A stretch of DNA of 64,000 nucleotides from a virus. Position numbers and translations under genes: made by a program. The notes beneath the pieces are model-generated. The model was not told the origin of the DNA, ran no database searches, and saw only the letters and a program-made list of their open reading frames with translations. How positions within the stretch are numbered: position 1 is the stretch's first letter; each line of letters starts with the position of its first letter. Of this stretch, positions 60,200-64,000 are shown piece after piece. The stretch lies in IMG/VR virus record IMGVR_UViG_3300030620_000001. One strand, given 5' to 3'.

Positions 60200-60711
60200 A
60201 GTACGCAACCGTTTTGTCGCTTGTCATGCTGTTGGCAGCGCCGATCGTGACCGCCGCCCAGGCCCGTCATTGTCACGTCGGGACGAGCAAGGTGGTGGTC
60301 GCCAGTTCCGCCCTGGTCGCGTTTCCAAGCGTGCAGACTTTCGTGGGCGCGCCCTATCGTGTCGAAGCATTAGTGGAGCAGCAGAAGCTGGCGGACCCCG
60401 ACTATCAAGAGTTCGTGCAGTTCAAACAGTTCAAGTCGCAGTTTCAGGCGTTCATGCAGTCGAAGGATGGAGTTCAGGCACAAGTCCAAATCGAACAGTC
60501 ACCTGTGCAACAGCACTGTGCGTCTTGTCACGCGACCGGGAAGCCACAGAGCACAAAGTTCAACAGCGACGAACCACCGACGTTGGAGTCTTTGAAGAAG
60601 ATTCTGGGGCGAGTCACGGCGGACGCCGACAGCGGGCAAATGCCGCCGCCGGACAAGCATCCGATTAGCGCCGACCAGCGCGGCGAGTTGTTGCAGTTTT
60701 TGAGCAAGTAA
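60196..60711 (+). CDS. Secreted cytochrome-c-domain protein (planctomycete PSCyt-like)
   Basis: Signal peptide MKYATVLSLVMLLAAPIVTAAQA. CASCH, then GQMPPPDKHPISADQRGELLQFL (CxxCH...MPP pattern). ATGA overlap with the upstream gene. Confidence 0.6.
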   Translation: MKYATVLSLVMLLAAPIVTAAQARHCHVGTSKVVVASSALVAFPSVQTFVGAPYRVEALVEQQKLADPDYQEFVQFKQFKSQFQAFMQSKDGVQAQVQIEQSPVQQHCASCHATGKPQSTKFNSDEPPTLESLKKILGRVTADADSGQMPPPDKHPISADQRGELLQFLSK

Positions 60712-60788
60712 CCCAGGAAGGAGGTGATCCAATCTACCACCTTTTCCCAAGACCATTCCATTTTCACTTTCGGAAAGCGAGGATTCCC

Positions 60789-61127
60789 ATGGAGCGTTTG
60801 CAAGTGTTGTTCGTGTTCGCCGCGCTGTTCGCGGCATTGTTCCTGTTCGTTCCGGCCGCACAAGCCGGGCATTGCGGCGTCGGAGTCGTCCAGGTCCAAG
60901 CCGTTGCGGTTCCGACCGCAGTCGGCGGCTACTCGTCGTCCGTCGTCTTTCAGTCCCATCCCGCCGTCGTCAACTTGGCAACGCCGGTGTTTGTGCATCC
61001 GTTCGCCGTGCATGGGCATGGTGCGGCCGTCCGGGTTTTTAGCAATGGCGCGGTGGTGCAGAAGACCGTTGTGCGTCGCGGCTTTTTTGGCCGGACGCGA
61101 GCCGTCACAGTAACCCGCTTTCGCTAA
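60789..61127 (+). CDS. Secreted small protein (112 aa)
   Basis: Signal peptide ending AAQA. The mature N-terminus GHCGVG parallels RHCHVG of the preceding protein. Confidence 0.55.
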   Translation: MERLQVLFVFAALFAALFLFVPAAQAGHCGVGVVQVQAVAVPTAVGGYSSSVVFQSHPAVVNLATPVFVHPFAVHGHGAAVRVFSNGAVVQKTVVRRGFFGRTRAVTVTRFR

Positions 61128-61200
61128 CCCCTTTGCGGGTGTGCGTCCGCACCAGTCCCGCGCACGGAGGCGCGGTCGCGGTCGCAGGAATTACACATCA

Positions 61201-61368
61201 ATGAGCAAATGGATATACGCCGCTGTCTGCGGGGTCGCTTCTTCCGCCTGGTGCCATTGGGCGACTGTTACGCACTCGGACAGCACGTTGGTATCGGCGA
61301 TCATACTAACAGCGGTCGCTGCTGCGCTTCTTCCGGTATCAATCGGGGAGCATGTGGAGATGAAGTGA
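61201..61368 (+). CDS. Small two-helix membrane protein (55 aa; holin candidate)
   Basis: ATG at 61201 with an AGGAA Shine-Dalgarno sequence. Hydrophobic segments IYAAVCGVASSAW and LVSAIILTAVAAALLPV. Confidence 0.4.
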   Translation: MSKWIYAAVCGVASSAWCHWATVTHSDSTLVSAIILTAVAAALLPVSIGEHVEMK

Positions 61369-61370
61369 CC

Positions 61371-61446
61371 TGCGCCTGTAGCTCAAGAGCAGAGCCCTGG
61401 AGCCGCGGCATCACCAGGAGATTCGGGTGCAAGTCCTGACGGGCGT
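61371..61446 (+). other. tRNA-like element (pseudo-tRNA or att-core candidate)
   Basis: 7-bp acceptor pairing (GCGCCTG/CGGGCGT, two G-T pairs). TA-GCTC-AAGAGCA-GAGC D-arm. TCGGG-TGCAAGT-CCTGA T-arm. The anticodon arm CCTGG/CCAGG has a 13-nt loop and there is no GG in the D-loop. TTTTT follows. Confidence 0.3.
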
Positions 61447-61478
61447 TTTTGAAAGACGGAAACTAGGAGATTCGCACC

Positions 61479-61730
61479 GTGGTCAACACCCGAAGCTGGA
61501 GCCCCCAAACATGGATCGCCGCTATCGCGCTTACCTTAACGCTGCTCGGCATCTTCAGCGGCGCCGTGTGGTGGATGAGCGCGATGTACGAGAAGGTCAA
61601 CACGATCAGCAAAACCCTGGAAAGCATCGCGCCGCTCGTGACGGACCACGAGAAGCGCCTGATACGATTGGAAACCCGCACGGATGGTCGAACTCATAGC
61701 CGCCCTAGCGTTAACGACAGTTCCCTTTGA
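61479..61730 (+). CDS. Type II membrane protein (83 aa; spanin/holin-like)
   Basis: GTG start. N-terminal TM segment WIAAIALTLTLLGIFSGAVWW followed by a helical tail. Confidence 0.5.
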   Translation: MVNTRSWSPQTWIAAIALTLTLLGIFSGAVWWMSAMYEKVNTISKTLESIAPLVTDHEKRLIRLETRTDGRTHSRPSVNDSSL

Positions 61731-62118
61731 ACCAGCGGTCGTCTCGCAATGCGAACGTCAAGAGTTCAACTCGTTTTACAGCCACGAAGGGGAGTTGACA
61801 TTCCATCAGTTGATTCTTTGGGACTGGACGCGAGCGCCGCAAGAAACAGAACCACACTACCACACCCAAGCATGGCGACTTGCGCGGCACAAGGACATGT
61901 ATCCGTTGTGGGACCAGAGGCTAGGGTGCTACGTCGCACGGTTTTTCGATGGCGAGACCTTCAGGGAGGTGCGGTCCCGCCTCAGATTGAGGTCTTGGAC
62001 GCAGCATGACCCGGAACAACTGGACCGCGAGTGTATCCCGGACGAACGGAGGCGCGGGCTTTTGGATCCTGGGCATGGTGCGCTGTCGGATGCGTTGAGG
62101 AGTTGGATTGAACCATGA
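61684..62118 (+). CDS. Hypothetical protein (144 aa)
   Basis: Overlaps the upstream gene by 47 nt. Hydrophobic N-terminus MVELIAALALTTVPF. Confidence 0.4.
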   Translation: MVELIAALALTTVPFEPAVVSQCERQEFNSFYSHEGELTFHQLILWDWTRAPQETEPHYHTQAWRLARHKDMYPLWDQRLGCYVARFFDGETFREVRSRLRLRSWTQHDPEQLDRECIPDERRRGLLDPGHGALSDALRSWIEP

Positions 62119-62429
62119 ACAAAAACAGGACGCTATTTCTGGCGGCGACTCTCTGCGTCGGCATCTTCTGCGGCTGCCCAGCGCAAGACACATCGCAGAA
62201 TTACGTGGTTGTTCACAACGACGGGCGAGTCTGGTTGCTGGAGGCTGAACCCTACGAGGGCGGCAAGCACGGGCTGTCCGGCTGGGGATCACACATGATT
62301 GTATGGCAGGGCGAGTACGGCGTGTGCTTGGTGCTTCCGGAGAATTGTGTTGTGCTGCCGTCGAGGGGGTTTCGATACGATCCATCGCGGCATCGCATGA
62401 CTACGGAAATGGTGCGGGAGCGATGGTAA
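62115..62429 (+). CDS. Lipoprotein (104 aa)
   Basis: Signal peptide MNKNRTLFLAATLCVGIFCGC with a lipobox. ATGA overlap with the upstream gene. Confidence 0.6.
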   Translation: MNKNRTLFLAATLCVGIFCGCPAQDTSQNYVVVHNDGRVWLLEAEPYEGGKHGLSGWGSHMIVWQGEYGVCLVLPENCVVLPSRGFRYDPSRHRMTTEMVRERW

Positions 62430-62530
62430 CCAAACAAAACAAGCCGCCTCTAGTGATGACGAGCTTTCCGCCACAAAAGGGCGTTGAGTGCCATCATTGC
62501 GGTTACCGAGGCTATCGTTTTGTGTGACGC

Positions 62531-62791
62531 ATGCAAATCACCCTACTCGGCAAGCGCTGGAGACTCGCATTTTGCAGCAACCTGAAGGACGACGGCGACT
62601 GCGATGCGCCTGAGACGCCGAACAAGACGATCCGCATCAAGCAGGGCTTAGACCCGAAGGACGAGTTGGAAACGCTCATTCACGAAATGCTGCACGCCAC
62701 CGACTGGCACAAAGACGAGAAGGATTGGATTGAGCCTGTAGCTCGCGACATCGCACGGGTGCTGTGGCGGCTTGGATACCGGAAGCAATGA
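62531..62791 (+). CDS. Small HExxH metallopeptidase-like protein
   Basis: ETLIHEMLHATDW zinc-binding motif in an 86-aa protein. Confidence 0.5.
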   Translation: MQITLLGKRWRLAFCSNLKDDGDCDAPETPNKTIRIKQGLDPKDELETLIHEMLHATDWHKDEKDWIEPVARDIARVLWRLGYRKQ

Positions 62792-62801
62792 GGACGGCCC
62801 A

Positions 62802-63116
62802 ATGAAGCAGCAATCGACAGCAGAAGCAGACGTATTAGACGACCTGGACGGACTGCCGGATTACTGCGGCAACATCGCGGCGTGGAACGCACTTCTGCAG
62901 GTGCGTGACCCAGCGGCAATGGCGAAGGTAGACCTATTCATAGACAGTTTCCAGACCAAGGGCAAGGCAAGACAAAAACTCGGCAGCAAAACGCAACTTT
63001 GGAGGTGGTGTTTGCGGTACATGCCCGAAGGCATTCAGCCAGGGCGTCATGCATTTGAGCGGTACTGTAACCAACGAGACGCCAGTGGACAAAAAACCAC
63101 AAGACCCGCTGAGTGA
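62802..63116 (+). CDS. Hypothetical protein (104 aa)
   Basis: ATG at 62802 with a GAGGA Shine-Dalgarno sequence. The track ORF starts at 62772. Confidence 0.45.
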   Translation: MKQQSTAEADVLDDLDGLPDYCGNIAAWNALLQVRDPAAMAKVDLFIDSFQTKGKARQKLGSKTQLWRWCLRYMPEGIQPGRHAFERYCNQRDASGQKTTRPAE

Positions 63117-64000
63117 TCTGGACGGAGTGCCGGATGCAGATGATGCGAAACGACTCTCGCAACTGGAATCGCATCTAGCGGACGAGCAAAAGAAACGCAA
63201 GGAAACGGAACGACAACTGGCTAGCGCCAGGCGAATCATCGAGGAACAGCAGCAGCGGCTAGAGAACCTTCACAATGCCAAGTTTAAGATCCCCACATCC
63301 CGACCGACGACCGCACAGGGCAGCTTCTGCCGCGTTGCCATTCCCGATACTCACGGCTGTTTCGTGGAGCCCGACGCCATTGCTGCGTTTCTGTCCGACC
63401 TGGAGGCCCTTCGCCCGGCCGAGGTTGTCATGCTGGGCGACCACTTGGATTGCGGCGGATTCCTTGCCGAACACTGGACCTTCGGCTACGTCGCCGAGAT
63501 GGAATACACCTTCGAGGAAGACGTGTCGGCAGCCAACCAACTGCTCGACGCAGTGCAGCGAATCGTTCCCGAAGCCGCGATTCATTACATCGAAGGCAAT
63601 CACGAACGCCGCATTGAAAAGTGGTGCGTTACGCAAGGTCTCAAGCATCGCGCGCCGGTTAACAGGTTCCTATCGATGTTCTCGCCCGCAGCGGTTCTGC
63701 ATCTTGAAAAGCGTAACATCCAGCACTATCAGCAAGGCAAGTTCTACGGCGGTCTGCCAATCCCGGCCACTATCAAACTCGGTCACTGCCACTTCACACA
63801 CGGCAGCAGAACCGGCGTACATGCGGCAAAGATGCACTTACAGGACTTCGGCGGAAACGTGGTATTCGGACATACCCACCGCTCCGACAGCCACACGACG
63901 CGCTCCGTCAACGAAGGAACCATCGGCGGTTGGTCTTCCGGTTGCCTGTGCAAGCTGCAGCCCTATTGGAACCACACACAGATTACAGGTTGGTCTCACG
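63085..64000 (+). CDS. Calcineurin-like metallophosphoesterase (3' end outside window)
   Basis: My translation of the frame open from 62944 to the window end gives IPDTHG, MLGDHLDCGG, IEGNHERR and VFGHTHR motifs after a coiled-coil N-terminus. The start is uncertain (ATG 63049, GTG 63085 or GTG 63127). Confidence 0.7.
   Translation, partial: MDKKPQDPLSDLDGVPDADDAKRLSQLESHLADEQKKRKETERQLASARRIIEEQQQRLENLHNAKFKIPTSRPTTAQGSFCRVAIPDTHGCFVEPDAIAAFLSDLEALRPAEVVMLGDHLDCGGFLAEHWTFGYVAEMEYTFEEDVSAANQLLDAVQRIVPEAAIHYIEGNHERRIEKWCVTQGLKHRAPVNRFLSMFSPAAVLHLEKRNIQHYQQGKFYGGLPIPATIKLGHCHFTHGSRTGVHAAKMHLQDFGGNVVFGHTHRSDSHTTRSVNEGTIGGWSSGCLCKLQPYWNHTQITGWSH

Noticed and set aside
62423-62527. 34-aa ORF MVTKQNKPPLVMTSFPPQKGVECHHCGYRGYRFV overlapping the lipoprotein stop
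   Set aside because: It is plausible as a coupled mini-gene, but it is too short and has no motif beyond one CxxC, so it was not annotated.

Overview
The window is almost entirely one temperate, siphovirus-like phage or prophage genome. The tail module has a tube protein, a chaperone frameshift and a tape measure, and no sheath gene. The host is probably a Planctomycetota bacterium, inferred from secreted CxxCH/MPP-type cytochrome-c-domain genes. All family assignments were made by eye from the translations, with no searches run. Gene order:
- 1-23.8 kb (+): packaging, head and tail genes, starting with terL truncated at the left window edge. The capsid block ends in a clear intrinsic terminator. 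The tail chaperone carries a canonical A_AAA_AAC -1 frameshift site.
- 23.8-30.2 kb: immunity and early region. It has palindromic TTGACAGNCTGTCAA operators, leaderless-type promoters, an IS1-like transposase remnant and many small unknown genes.
- 30.2-32.5 kb: an intact IS1595-family element with 26-bp perfect inverted repeats and an 8-bp target duplication. It carries a PAPS-reductase-like passenger gene.
- 32.6-38 kb (-): tyrosine integrase, C5 cytosine methyltransferase, a DUF6527-like gene and unknowns.
- 38.2-56.3 kb (+): Xis-like HTH, YqaJ exonuclease, RecT, CsrA, a replication organiser with ori-like iterons, HNH, primase-helicase, clamp-like protein, MmcB-like nuclease, RusA, Dam and a Gp37/Gp68 protein.
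- 56.4-64 kb (+): late accessory and lysis-like genes. These include lipoproteins, small membrane proteins, an S8 protease, CxxCH proteins and a metallophosphoesterase that runs off the right edge.

The most unusual feature is at 38576-39645. Four arrays of 13-14 in-phase NNGGC pentanucleotides, each ending in a conserved GAGCCAATGGCTC hairpin, flank a 223-aa gene that shows RAMP/Cas7-like sequence features by eye. Other notable items are a 36-nt double-hairpin element present three times between early genes, one clear and one divergent CsrA-like gene together with ACAGGAGA leaders, and a tRNA-like element.
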